DNA of 37,588 nt from positions 1 to 37,588 of IMG/VR virus record IMGVR_UViG_3300032280_000155; one strand, written 5' to 3'. The notes below the pieces were generated by a model. The model made no database searches. It was not told the origin of the DNA and saw only the letters and a list, made by a program, of their open reading frames with translations. Source of the DNA: a virus (taxonomy: Duplodnaviria > Caudoviricetes). This document shows, one piece after another, positions 19,356 to 27,453 of the stretch. A program made the position numbers and the translations under genes. How positions within the stretch are numbered: the stretch's first letter is position 1; every line of letters begins with the position of its first letter.

Positions 19356-21357
19356 TTGACATTAGCTTGGTAAATTCTTCGTCACTCTTGTTGTTTTTTT
19401 CCATCTGCATCATGGTAATGCGTTCATTACGGATGCTGTCCTGCTCTTTAATGCCTAAGTCTTTTTCTTTAAGCATAAGTTCAGTAATACGGACGCGTTT
19501 TTCAAAGTCTTTGCTTTCATTGTCTTCGTTAAGATTGTTTGAAAGCGCAGCAATGACTTTAGCTTTAGCAATGTCAGGTGTAGCAGCAGCTTCGGCTTGG
19601 GCTTTTTGGGCTTCGGCTTGGGTTTTCTGCACTTCTGCCTGTTTGGCAGCCATGTCAAGCTGTTGAACCATTTGTTGTGCTTGTTGTGCTTCTGGATTGG
19701 GTTGACTCATCTGCTCAAGTGCTGCAATCAACTCAAAACGGTTGCTCAGACTAGAGTTTGACAAGATTCCCTTAAGAATAATTGGCAAAACAGGTGTATC
19801 AGGGCCAAGAGTCTGCAACAAACCAACAAATTGTTGTTGCTCGTACTCTCGCGCAATGATTCCTAGCGTAGCTGTCGGTACAAACTTCATGTCTACCGAT
19901 GGATAACGCTCAGGGTCAAACTGCATGTACCTAAACGCTGCTTTTTGGATAAACGGAATCAAGAAATCTTCTTGGAAGTTAACCAAAGTGCGCTTGTACT
20001 TTTTAATAATCGTAGCTACAGCCATAGACATACCAGCGCCATCACGATTGCCTTGGCTAACCATGCCTTGCGAGTCCATTGTCCCTGTGGCTTGTAGCAA
20101 CATGCGTTCAAATTCTTTAGCCGTGTTCAAGTTGTTTAGGCTTGTTTCGCCAAACTTGAACGGATAAAGGATTTCAGCGGGATTGCCGTTAACCATGAAG
20201 GCTTTGCCAGGCTTAACCTCAAACTTAGCGCCCCGTGGAAGGCGGGAAGCGTCCAAACCGATCATTGGGCTCGTAGTCAATGCCAAAGAGTCCAAGTGGC
20301 TACGCACTTGAGCGTCAATCGCCTTTTGCATGTTGTAAGACTTCTCAACAGTCCCACGGCCAAGCAGTCGATTAGGTACTGTATCGTCTTGGTAAGAGAT
20401 AACCGGACGATCTTTCATCATGTACGGGTTTTCTTCTGCTTTTAAAAGCATCCCGTCATTCGCAATAACAACAATTGCTTCCACCATGTTGCTATAATCT
20501 TCTGCAACCGAATCGTCAGGGAATAGTTCTTCAACTTCCTCATCGTTATCGGTCAAGTACTCCCTTGGCACAAGGCCGTAGTACGTCAATAATTTGACCT
20601 TTTCGTCTTGATACTGGCTTACTTCTTGCGTAGGCTCAAGATCGGTGTCCATATCACCAGTAGTTATATTTACCTTGCGGTATATGCCTTTTTCTATACC
20701 TTCCACAATCTTGTGGATGCCGACATATTTCTCGATAGCTACGCCCATGCAGTCATTAATTGATGTTCCGTTAGGGTCAAACAAGAAATTCTTAGGGTTT
20801 ACGGGATTTAAAGTAACTGCAATTCTGCTTTTCTCCACTACACCGATAGCGGCTTGCCCTGTTTCGCCTGGAATTGCTTGGGTTGCTGGCTCAAAGACCT
20901 TTTCAGTCTTAACCACAATTTCACCAATGCCTGTACCATAGATTTCAGCCATCAATTCGATCTGGTCGATAGCTTTTCTAATTTTGTCTAGCTTAAAGTC
21001 TTCTATCAACTGGGCTTTAAGCACCTGAACATCAAGCGGATTGCCGTTAAGGTCTTTAAGATCGTCCTCAATGTCAAAGAATTCGCCTTGACCGAATATG
21101 GCCTCCATGATTTCTGCGTGGCGAGTCTCTACGGCTTGTTGGGTAGCAGGGGTTACGATGCGGCTTCGCTCTGAATCGCGAGTTTTATCTTCTACTGCCC
21201 ATTCACCACGGAAAATACGCTCGTATTCTAGGTAACTAGTAAGGAAATTGGTATCGCGGTAAGTGCGCCAGCGGTCACAATGGTTGATAACGAAGGCCGT
21301 TAGCTCTTTGTCATTCTCAGACGGCTCATCAAACTCGTTTTGTTTCAAATCATCCAT
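19348..21357 (-). CDS. Portal protein
   Basis: 669 aa after TerL; AEIYGTGIG and GRGTVEK motifs; Gln-rich C-terminal barrel. Confidence 0.9.
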   Translation of the reverse strand: MDDLKQNEFDEPSENDKELTAFVINHCDRWRTYRDTNFLTSYLEYERIFRGEWAVEDKTRDSERSRIVTPATQQAVETRHAEIMEAIFGQGEFFDIEDDLKDLNGNPLDVQVLKAQLIEDFKLDKIRKAIDQIELMAEIYGTGIGEIVVKTEKVFEPATQAIPGETGQAAIGVVEKSRIAVTLNPVNPKNFLFDPNGTSINDCMGVAIEKYVGIHKIVEGIEKGIYRKVNITTGDMDTDLEPTQEVSQYQDEKVKLLTYYGLVPREYLTDNDEEVEELFPDDSVAEDYSNMVEAIVVIANDGMLLKAEENPYMMKDRPVISYQDDTVPNRLLGRGTVEKSYNMQKAIDAQVRSHLDSLALTTSPMIGLDASRLPRGAKFEVKPGKAFMVNGNPAEILYPFKFGETSLNNLNTAKEFERMLLQATGTMDSQGMVSQGNRDGAGMSMAVATIIKKYKRTLVNFQEDFLIPFIQKAAFRYMQFDPERYPSVDMKFVPTATLGIIAREYEQQQFVGLLQTLGPDTPVLPIILKGILSNSSLSNRFELIAALEQMSQPNPEAQQAQQMVQQLDMAAKQAEVQKTQAEAQKAQAEAAATPDIAKAKVIAALSNNLNEDNESKDFEKRVRITELMLKEKDLGIKEQDSIRNERITMMQMEKNNKSDEEFTKLMSNG

Positions 21358-21358
21358 A

Positions 21359-22618
21359 TTAAACTCCGCTTATTTCACAGATTGGAGACCAGTCATTATC
21401 GTCAGCTTCTTCAAAATAAGTTGTTACAGCTAACTGGTCGATATAGCTAAGTGCGTCAGGCAAATCATCGTGAACGCCTTGTGATGGAAACATGAGCGTT
21501 TGGTCTACGAAGGTGTCCCAATCTTCTTCGCTATTTAAAATGATTCGGCCATGCTCAAATCTTCCTTGCAGCGACCAGATGATTCTATCCGTTTTCTTAC
21601 GATTACCATGAGTTAAATCAACAATGTGACTATAGACATTGTTTTTACGCATTAAATCGCTTAAATACGGTAGAACGGCGTTTTTTAACGCACCTTTTTC
21701 AATTCCAACACTCAAAGGACGGTATTCCCGCATTGCCAAAAGAATCTTGGAGGCGGTTTCCCTAATATCCCAGCGTCCGTGCTGTATTTCTTTAACAAAC
21801 CATTTGCCGTCATCGGTAACTTTGACAATGGCGATAGCGGATTCGTCTAGCCTTTTCTTGGCGTTAGCAGCTTGTTTACCAACTTCTTCAAATCCAGCCA
21901 AGTCAATTGCAATAAAGTAGCTGCCATGCTCGGGTTCTACACCGTACTTTATCCATTCTTCTTTAAACACATCAGCGCCAGCGTTTGAAAAGGACGCCAT
22001 GTACTCTTGTTTAAAGGAAAAGGTAGACAGCGTTTTCTTGGCTGATTCAATTTCTTTAGGGTCAATCAAAGGATTGTCAGCAGTAGTAAAGTGCCATGAC
22101 TTCCAATCCGAATCCTGATCGTCTTGTCCTAGCTTCCAAAGGTCGTGAAACCAGTTCCTTCCTTTGGGAGTACCAATAAACATTGCCCTACCCTTACGGT
22201 CTGACAAAGACGCACGGATAACCTGTTCCCAAGCCTCGGGTTTAATGTCAGCTACTTCGTCAAGTACGGCGTAGGTCAAAGACACGCCTCGAAGGGTATC
22301 GGGTCTATCAGCACCACGAACGTATATACGCGCACCATTAATCAGAGTGATGTCCAAGTTGTTGACATGGCTAGACTGAATGACCTCGCGGCCTAAATCA
22401 AGCAGCAAGTCCCATATGATTTGCCGCGACTGTCCCATTGTGGGAGACACATACAACACTGCCGAACCCTGTGGGCAGCGTAGCCCCTCAATGATTAGCG
22501 TAGTCGCTGCCAGCCTAGATTTACCGCAACGGCGTCCAGCGGCGATAACTTTAAATCGAGTGGTGTCGGTGTAAACCTCTTGTTGCCAAGGAAGCAGGGA
22601 GAAGTTGAGATCAGACAT
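21359..22618 (-). CDS. terL: Terminase large subunit
   Basis: Walker A AGRRCGKS, Walker B VLDE, GTPKG coupling motif, nuclease IDLA...HDDLPDA. Confidence 0.95.
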   Translation of the reverse strand: MSDLNFSLLPWQQEVYTDTTRFKVIAAGRRCGKSRLAATTLIIEGLRCPQGSAVLYVSPTMGQSRQIIWDLLLDLGREVIQSSHVNNLDITLINGARIYVRGADRPDTLRGVSLTYAVLDEVADIKPEAWEQVIRASLSDRKGRAMFIGTPKGRNWFHDLWKLGQDDQDSDWKSWHFTTADNPLIDPKEIESAKKTLSTFSFKQEYMASFSNAGADVFKEEWIKYGVEPEHGSYFIAIDLAGFEEVGKQAANAKKRLDESAIAIVKVTDDGKWFVKEIQHGRWDIRETASKILLAMREYRPLSVGIEKGALKNAVLPYLSDLMRKNNVYSHIVDLTHGNRKKTDRIIWSLQGRFEHGRIILNSEEDWDTFVDQTLMFPSQGVHDDLPDALSYIDQLAVTTYFEEADDNDWSPICEISGV

Positions 22619-22958
22619 CAGTTATATCTTCCTCTGGAATAACTGTAGGTTCTACGCCCAAGCCAGTGATATTAATCGTCACTGCACTTCTTTGAGACTT
22701 GTCTTTCTCAAACATGCTAACAGGTAGCGTTCTATCCATGCACATCTTGAGTGCAGTCATTTGGCCAGGATGGTCATCATTCAAAGCAATCTGGATTACT
22801 TTCTCAGCCACATCCTTACCTCCAGAGCGAATCATCAACTCTTTAAGTTCTTTAATTCTTTGGTGGTCAGTCTTAGGAAGAACCAACGGAGGATTCTCAG
22901 CATAACGCTGAATCGTCATCTTGACAGGACGACCTCGTTTTCTTTTCTCTATTTCCAC
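22611..22958 (-). CDS. terS: Terminase small subunit (probable)
   Basis: GTG start at 22958 with AAGGA RBS, KRKRGRP N-terminus, overlaps the TerL start. Confidence 0.7.
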   Translation of the reverse strand: MEIEKRKRGRPVKMTIQRYAENPPLVLPKTDHQRIKELKELMIRSGGKDVAEKVIQIALNDDHPGQMTALKMCMDRTLPVSMFEKDKSQRSAVTINITGLGVEPTVIPEEDITDV

Positions 22959-23307
22959 TTTTATCCTTAGAACATGCCATAATAAGTCGGGGCCATCATC
23001 CAGCCCTTGGGACGGCAGGCAGCTTACCAACCCAGATAAACGTAGCGAGTCTATCAGCTATTCTAGTAGTTAACAACGAACGGGTGCAACAGGTAGAGCC
23101 TAACAAGGTCAGCTTAGATAAACAAGGTGCTGCATCTCTTTTGAGATACCCCCCCGTGGATGCCATAGTTTGTCTAAACATTTCTAGCAATTAGCTTTTT
23201 TTCTTGGCAGGAAATAGCTTAATGCGAAATGCTGATTTGGCTTTTTATGAGCGGGCGATGCTCCTGTAAATATCACAGCACACCACCAGACCACCCCCCC
23301 CATCAAC

Positions 23308-23464
23308 GACAGCGACAGCATGCGACAGCGACAGCGGCCGACAGCAGTGCACCACAGTAGCATGCGGCCGACAGCATGCGACATGCTACATGTTGTAACG
23401 ATGCGACAGTGACAGCACCAGCAGCAGCACGCTAGCACTGACAGCAGTTAGTGTGAATGACAGC
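23308..23464. repeat. Irregular GACAGC short-repeat array (9 GACAGC plus 1 GACAGT) beside a C8 tract
   Basis: Counted directly in non-coding DNA upstream of terS. Confidence 0.85.
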
Positions 23465-23500
23465 GCGGCACCTTAATCGCTATACCTGATTGATAGCTCG

Positions 23501-23719
23501 CTATCCCTGATCTGGTATATCCATGTTTGCAATTAACAGCCAGTCCTTGATGTCATGGTGCGGTCTGTATCCAGCATTGTGCAGCTCGGTGTAAATTGCC
23601 AGCATATTACGGAAACCCTGGCTTAAGTCACCAGCACCAGCAGCCAGCATGATCGTGCGTTCATCATCCTTTAGGCGTCTAAAGAAGTTGATTGTGTCTA
23701 TCTTGCACGGCCTTGCCAT
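23501..23719 (-). CDS. Small putative DNA-binding protein
   Basis: MARP start with AAGGGG RBS; 72 aa; divergent from the early operon. Confidence 0.6.
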   Translation of the reverse strand: MARPCKIDTINFFRRLKDDERTIMLAAGAGDLSQGFRNMLAIYTELHNAGYRPHHDIKDWLLIANMDIPDQG

Positions 23720-23741
23720 TGTTTCCCCTTTAAGTTGATGA

Positions 23742-23799
23742 TGCACCATAACAATGCACATTTGCACCATGTTAGGGCAATTTGCACCATGTTGGAGCT
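23742..23799. promoter_or_regulatory. Three NtrC-like enhancer boxes
   Basis: TGCACCATAACAATGCA, TGCACCATGTTAGGGCA and TGCACCATGTTGGAGCT, spaced 21 and 20 bp; NtrC consensus is TGCACCA-N3-TGGTGCA. Confidence 0.6.
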
Positions 23800-23806
23800 A
23801 TGCACT

Positions 23807-23822
23807 TGGCATGATGTTTGCA
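23807..23822 (+). promoter_or_regulatory. sigma54-like -24/-12 element (upstream copy)
   Basis: TGGCATGATGTTTGCA, GG-N10-GC spacing. Confidence 0.55.
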
Positions 23823-23855
23823 GTGTGCGAATAAGAATCATTGTTGTTTGATCTG

Positions 23856-23868
23856 TAACGCGTTGATT
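23856..23868 (-). promoter_or_regulatory. IHF binding site
   Basis: AATCAACGCGTTA matches WATCAANNNNTTR exactly, with an adjacent A/T tract. Confidence 0.7.
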
Positions 23869-23907
23869 TATAACATAAAAAAAACTAATTCTTAGAAACT
23901 GCAAAAC

Positions 23908-23923
23908 TGGTACGGTACATGCA
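23908..23923 (+). promoter_or_regulatory. sigma54-like -24/-12 promoter of the early operon
   Basis: TGGTACGGTACATGCA, GG-N10-GC, about 55 bp before the ATG at 23978. Confidence 0.6.
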
Positions 23924-23977
23924 TGTATAAACGTGTCTAGCGATATTGCTAGGCCTAAACAAAGGGAATACATCATC

Positions 23978-24190
23978 ATGTCATTCGCATTTATTCCAAA
24001 GGCCGCATACAAAATCGGCCAAGTTATCCAAGTACACGGCGCGCCGATGCGCGTGGAAAGCTACACGCATTCCGGCCGTAATGTGACGGCCGTCACGCTA
24101 CCCGATGCGCCAAAGTTTAAGCGCATTGTATGCATTTGCACCGATGCACCAGCAATCTGGAATTTAGCAAAGGATGCAGACAAAGCCTAA
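23978..24190 (+). CDS. Hypothetical early protein
   Basis: ATG at 23978 with AAGGGA RBS; 70 aa. Confidence 0.7.
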   Translation: MSFAFIPKAAYKIGQVIQVHGAPMRVESYTHSGRNVTAVTLPDAPKFKRIVCICTDAPAIWNLAKDADKA

Positions 24191-24277
24191 GACAATCACA
24201 GCTGCTGCCTTACGTGTAGGGCAGTGGCGGGAATTGTCCCGATTTAACCTCCCTAACGGGGCAAAGGAAAACAAACC

Positions 24278-24613
24278 ATGTACAAAGCAATCGATACCGC
24301 TAGCCAATTCCGTGACGAATTTCTTGCATCAAATCGCGCAGACCAATTTTCTTACGAAGCCCTTGGCATGTTGTTTGACTATCTTGAGGAAGCTGATAGC
24401 AATTACGAATTGGATATTGTCGCTATCTGCTGCGAATACGCTGAAGAAACCGTTGGCGACATTGCAATCAATTATTCCATCGATCTGAGTGAGCTTGACC
24501 CTGAAGCCGGTGACTACGAAGAACAATGCCGACAGATCGTCTATGACTACCTGTCAGACAGAACATCCGTTGTTGGTGACACTGCTAGCGGATTTGTCTA
24601 CGCTCAATTTTGA
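24278..24613 (+). CDS. Highly acidic early protein
   Basis: AAGGA RBS; 25 Asp/Glu versus 5 Lys/Arg in 111 aa. Confidence 0.8.
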   Translation: MYKAIDTASQFRDEFLASNRADQFSYEALGMLFDYLEEADSNYELDIVAICCEYAEETVGDIAINYSIDLSELDPEAGDYEEQCRQIVYDYLSDRTSVVGDTASGFVYAQF

Positions 24614-24695
24614 CCCTGCCTAGTGCACTCTCTAAGCCCTCCAGTGAGGGTTTAGGGGCTTGCATTGTCGCGGCCGTAACTTAATGGAGCAAATT

Positions 24696-24815
24696 ATGAA
24701 TTATTACCTCGAAGGCTATCAGGATGCACAAGGCGGTAGTTATGACTCACGCTACGCCAAAATCAAAGAATACAACAGGGGCTGGGATGATGCTGTCCGT
24801 GGCGTGTATTTGTAA
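24696..24815 (+). CDS. Small protein, 39 aa (not in ORF track)
   Basis: MNYYLEGYQDAQGGSYDSRYAKIKEYNRGWDDAVRGVYL; GGAG RBS. Confidence 0.7.
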   Translation: MNYYLEGYQDAQGGSYDSRYAKIKEYNRGWDDAVRGVYL

Positions 24816-24832
24816 CTTAATGGAGCATCAAA

Positions 24833-24994
24833 ATGAACCTTTATCTTTGCTTTCCCCTTATCTCTGGCACAATTCTGATAACACTCGCTCTTGTCGTTCT
24901 CATTCCTCAAGGCTTGTGGCTTTATCTTGCCGGTCTGATTCTAGGGGTTATGGCGGTCACTTTCTCGATTTTCTGCATGTTAGGCAATGAATGA
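24833..24994 (+). CDS. Small two-helix membrane protein, 53 aa (not in ORF track)
   Basis: MNLYLCFPLISGTILITLALVVLIPQGLWLYLAGLILGVMAVTFSIFCMLGNE; GGAG RBS; ATGA overlap with the next gene. Confidence 0.7.
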   Translation: MNLYLCFPLISGTILITLALVVLIPQGLWLYLAGLILGVMAVTFSIFCMLGNE

Positions 24995-25206
24995 CAGCCG
25001 GTCAATTTGCAGCCCTTGCCCAGCTCTTAAGGTTGCGGCAGGGTAAGGCTCAGGCCGTTGCTAGGCGCGTTTTGGTTGACGGTGAAGCAACCCCTGCTGC
25101 TGCCCGTTTCGAAGGCTTGGAGTACCGCACGGCCTTTTCTGCGGTCAAACGGGCGCGTAATGGCTTTGCACTGGCTCAACGGGCGGTTTTGCCCGAGGGT
25201 CAGTAA
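24991..25206 (+). CDS. TrfB/KorA-like HTH regulator
   Basis: T..QF...ARRVLVDGE..AAARFEGLEYRTAFSAVKR resembles the KorA HTH domain. Confidence 0.65.
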   Translation: MTAGQFAALAQLLRLRQGKAQAVARRVLVDGEATPAAARFEGLEYRTAFSAVKRARNGFALAQRAVLPEGQ

Positions 25207-25343
25207 ACAAACGGTGTTGGCTTAGTTGTACAAGTTACAGTACCATCCCAGTTTTTAACGCAACGGGTAGTGGTCTGGGCTTGTGCAACTATAGCGGCTA
25301 ACACTACAAATGTAGCAAAAATTGCAATGAAGATTATTCGCAT
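25200..25343 (-). CDS. Small exported protein
   Basis: Start MRIIFIAIF at 25343 with GAGGA RBS; signal peptide ending AQA; Cys-pair hairpin. Confidence 0.65.
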   Translation of the reverse strand: MRIIFIAIFATFVVLAAIVAQAQTTTRCVKNWDGTVTCTTKPTPFVY

Positions 25344-25359
25344 TTGAGTTTTCCTCTGT

Positions 25360-25381
25360 AAAAAAATGGGGCTGTAGCCCC
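25360..25381 (-). terminator. Intrinsic terminator
   Basis: GGGGCT-AC-AGCCCC followed by ATTTTTTT on the minus strand. Confidence 0.6.
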
Positions 25382-25416
25382 GAAGTGCTGGCAACTGCTT
25401 ACCGGCATGATTTATT

Positions 25417-25761
25417 TTAGCGCATGGCCTTATCGGTGCGGTTGTTTGCATAGATATTGGCCTTTTCTGCCTCGATCCTGGCTTGTGCCGCCACCATTAG
25501 CCACCGGCTTCGCTCCCTTTGCTCTACTGCGGCCTGAAGTGCTAGCAAGTGCTGGATATACTTAGGGTCTGCGTAGGCTTCGCGCTCTTGTGCGGCAGTG
25601 GTTTTGTGGCCTTGAAGTTCAAAGTCTTTCATTAGCTGCGCTTTGACGGTTTTCCGTAGTTCCGTCATGTACACCAATTGGGCTTCTGCTACGGCATAGT
25701 TTCCGGCGTGGTCTCTAAGGTAATCCACTGCTTTGTCTAGTTTTGATACTTGTTCTGTCAT
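25417..25761 (-). CDS. Helical protein resembling UvsY-like recombination mediators
   Basis: Start MTEQVSK at 25761; AQEREAYADPKY motif. Confidence 0.55.
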   Translation of the reverse strand: MTEQVSKLDKAVDYLRDHAGNYAVAEAQLVYMTELRKTVKAQLMKDFELQGHKTTAAQEREAYADPKYIQHLLALQAAVEQRERSRWLMVAAQARIEAEKANIYANNRTDKAMR

Positions 25762-25762
25762 A

Positions 25763-26605
25763 TCAATCCCCGCAAAAACACGCAATGGCTTCTTCTTTGG
25801 GGTCAAACATGTCGCTCTGATCGGCTGCAAATTGTGCCATTGCTGCATAGCTTGGCCGGTCTGCACGGAATACCGCACCGCTTGGCTTGCTTGCTAGTGT
25901 CTGCGCTAGCGTCTCCATCTTTGCCCACCAGATATGGCGCTCGGGCTTTTCAGCAATAAGTGCTAAGACTTGAGCCGTAGGTTTAAGAAAGCACAAGTCG
26001 CAATTACCGTGCATAGTCACACCATTGTTGTTGGGCAAACCAAGATCAAACGGTTGCACCCTCCAAAAGTCGCCCACGGTTTCCTTGGTTACACCAGCAG
26101 CCCACAATGGCATTCGGGATTTGTCGGCAATTTTTGCTGCTCTACGTTGTTCATCGGCGCGCATGCCAACCCATGATAAATGTTCAATGGCCGAATACTT
26201 TTCGCCCTGAAAGTGGTCAAGTGATGCAAGATACTTTGATTGCGCCCGAATTTTAAGTTCACTAGTGCAAATACGGGCTACGGGGTTTGGTAAGTAGTTA
26301 CGCAAGCGAATTAAGGCTTCAAAAGGTTCACCATTTCGACTAGCCGTCTCGAATGTTACGCGCTCAAAACCAACATCATCAAAGCGGCGCTCAACCCAAT
26401 GGACTTCAACCCCCCAATTATCGGACACATCCTTAATAAATTCCAACGTCTTTTCGTCCTCTTTGCCAGTGTTAGCGAAACAGACGATAGCTTCATTAGG
26501 TAAACCGCCATTGCTTTGCAGTACACGCCAAAGCATGTAAGCGCTTGTCCGGCCACCGCTAAAGCTAATGCAAGTAGGCTCGGTAATCTTGAACGGGTCA
26601 GTCAT
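25763..26605 (-). CDS. PAPS-reductase-like (adenine nucleotide alpha-hydrolase) protein
   Basis: PP-loop SFSGGRTS, NTGKE, RICTSELK, GMRADEQRR and NCDLCFLK motifs. Confidence 0.8.
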   Translation of the reverse strand: MTDPFKITEPTCISFSGGRTSAYMLWRVLQSNGGLPNEAIVCFANTGKEDEKTLEFIKDVSDNWGVEVHWVERRFDDVGFERVTFETASRNGEPFEALIRLRNYLPNPVARICTSELKIRAQSKYLASLDHFQGEKYSAIEHLSWVGMRADEQRRAAKIADKSRMPLWAAGVTKETVGDFWRVQPFDLGLPNNNGVTMHGNCDLCFLKPTAQVLALIAEKPERHIWWAKMETLAQTLASKPSGAVFRADRPSYAAMAQFAADQSDMFDPKEEAIACFCGD

Positions 26606-27171
26606 TGTTTCCCCTTTAGTCGTTTGGCTTCAGCGTTATAGTGCTTTGCCATGTCAATCAATTCCTGTTTGCTGTACTTTCGTGGGGTCTGGTCTGTTTC
26701 TATCTGCTCAACCCGTTCAAGCCCGATTCGCTCCAATAAACCCTGACGATACGCCACTACATTACCCGCTAGGTACTGGTTACAGTGCTTGCATTGGGCA
26801 TGGCAATTGTCTTCAATAAACCGCAAATGAGGAGCACTTCCCACACTTCGGTAATGTCCGGCGTCCGTGCTATTTGCACCGCCTGTATCCGGCTTTCCGC
26901 AGGATATGCACGGTTTGCCGGAATCTCGGCAGCGCACATATTTGTTAAAAGCTTTCTGAGCTAGCGCCTTAAGCTCTGGCAGGGTGCGTAGTGCGTCTAG
27001 CTTCACCTTCGTGGCCTTTCGATCATCTCTGGCGGCCTTGGTTGCTTTCTGTGCGGCTTTCACGCGGGTCTGTTCTAAGGCGCACATTGGGGAACAGACT
27101 ACAGCCAACGGTCGGGTTGGGTAAAACTTGGTTTTGCAGGCTTTGCAAACCTTGTGCTTTACTGTATTCAT
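26602..27171 (-). CDS. ninG: NinG/Rap recombination endonuclease
   Basis: CKAC..CSPMC, RD..KPCISCG, DAGHYRSVGSAPHLRF and QCKHCN motifs. Confidence 0.9.
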   Translation of the reverse strand: MNTVKHKVCKACKTKFYPTRPLAVVCSPMCALEQTRVKAAQKATKAARDDRKATKVKLDALRTLPELKALAQKAFNKYVRCRDSGKPCISCGKPDTGGANSTDAGHYRSVGSAPHLRFIEDNCHAQCKHCNQYLAGNVVAYRQGLLERIGLERVEQIETDQTPRKYSKQELIDMAKHYNAEAKRLKGKQ

Positions 27172-27347
27172 TTCATCTTAGTTTGTTTGTTCATTTCGTT
27201 TATCAAGATATTTAGACCATCCTGGCCACGAATCCGCGCTATATCGTCCTTCACTCCTAACCACCATGTTTGCGCTTTCACTTTGCCCAATTGCTTCACT
27301 TTTTGGGCATAACGCTGTTTCCATTCCTTCGCTTCGCATTGGATCAT
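27168..27347 (-). CDS. Hypothetical protein (overlapping frame; start uncertain)
   Basis: MIQCEAKEW...IARIRG; its stop is coupled (ATGA) to ninG. Confidence 0.5.
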   Translation of the reverse strand: MIQCEAKEWKQRYAQKVKQLGKVKAQTWWLGVKDDIARIRGQDGLNILINEMNKQTKMK

Positions 27348-27453
27348 GTAGATCGCCAGTGGCGTAGAGGGCGGCGCTGATTTCTTCAAAGGTGTATCTT
27401 TTGCCATCTCTTGCTTTGTCCAAGATTTTGTTTGCTAGTTCACGGTTCATCAA
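27178..27453 (-). CDS. Hypothetical protein
   Basis: Start coupled to the upstream stop; ANKILDKARDG...ALYATGDL motif. Confidence 0.55.
   Translation of the reverse strand: MMNRELANKILDKARDGKRYTFEEISAALYATGDLHDPMRSEGMETALCPKSEAIGQSESANMVVRSEGRYSADSWPGWSKYLDKRNEQTN

Noticed and set aside
158-22905. Plus-strand ORFs across the structural operon
   Set aside because: Antisense shadows of well-supported minus-strand genes, with no recognisable motifs
23308-23464. CRISPR array or coding ORF (23184-23438)
   Set aside because: Repeats are 6 nt with irregular spacing; the Cys/Arg-rich ORF is a by-product of the repeats
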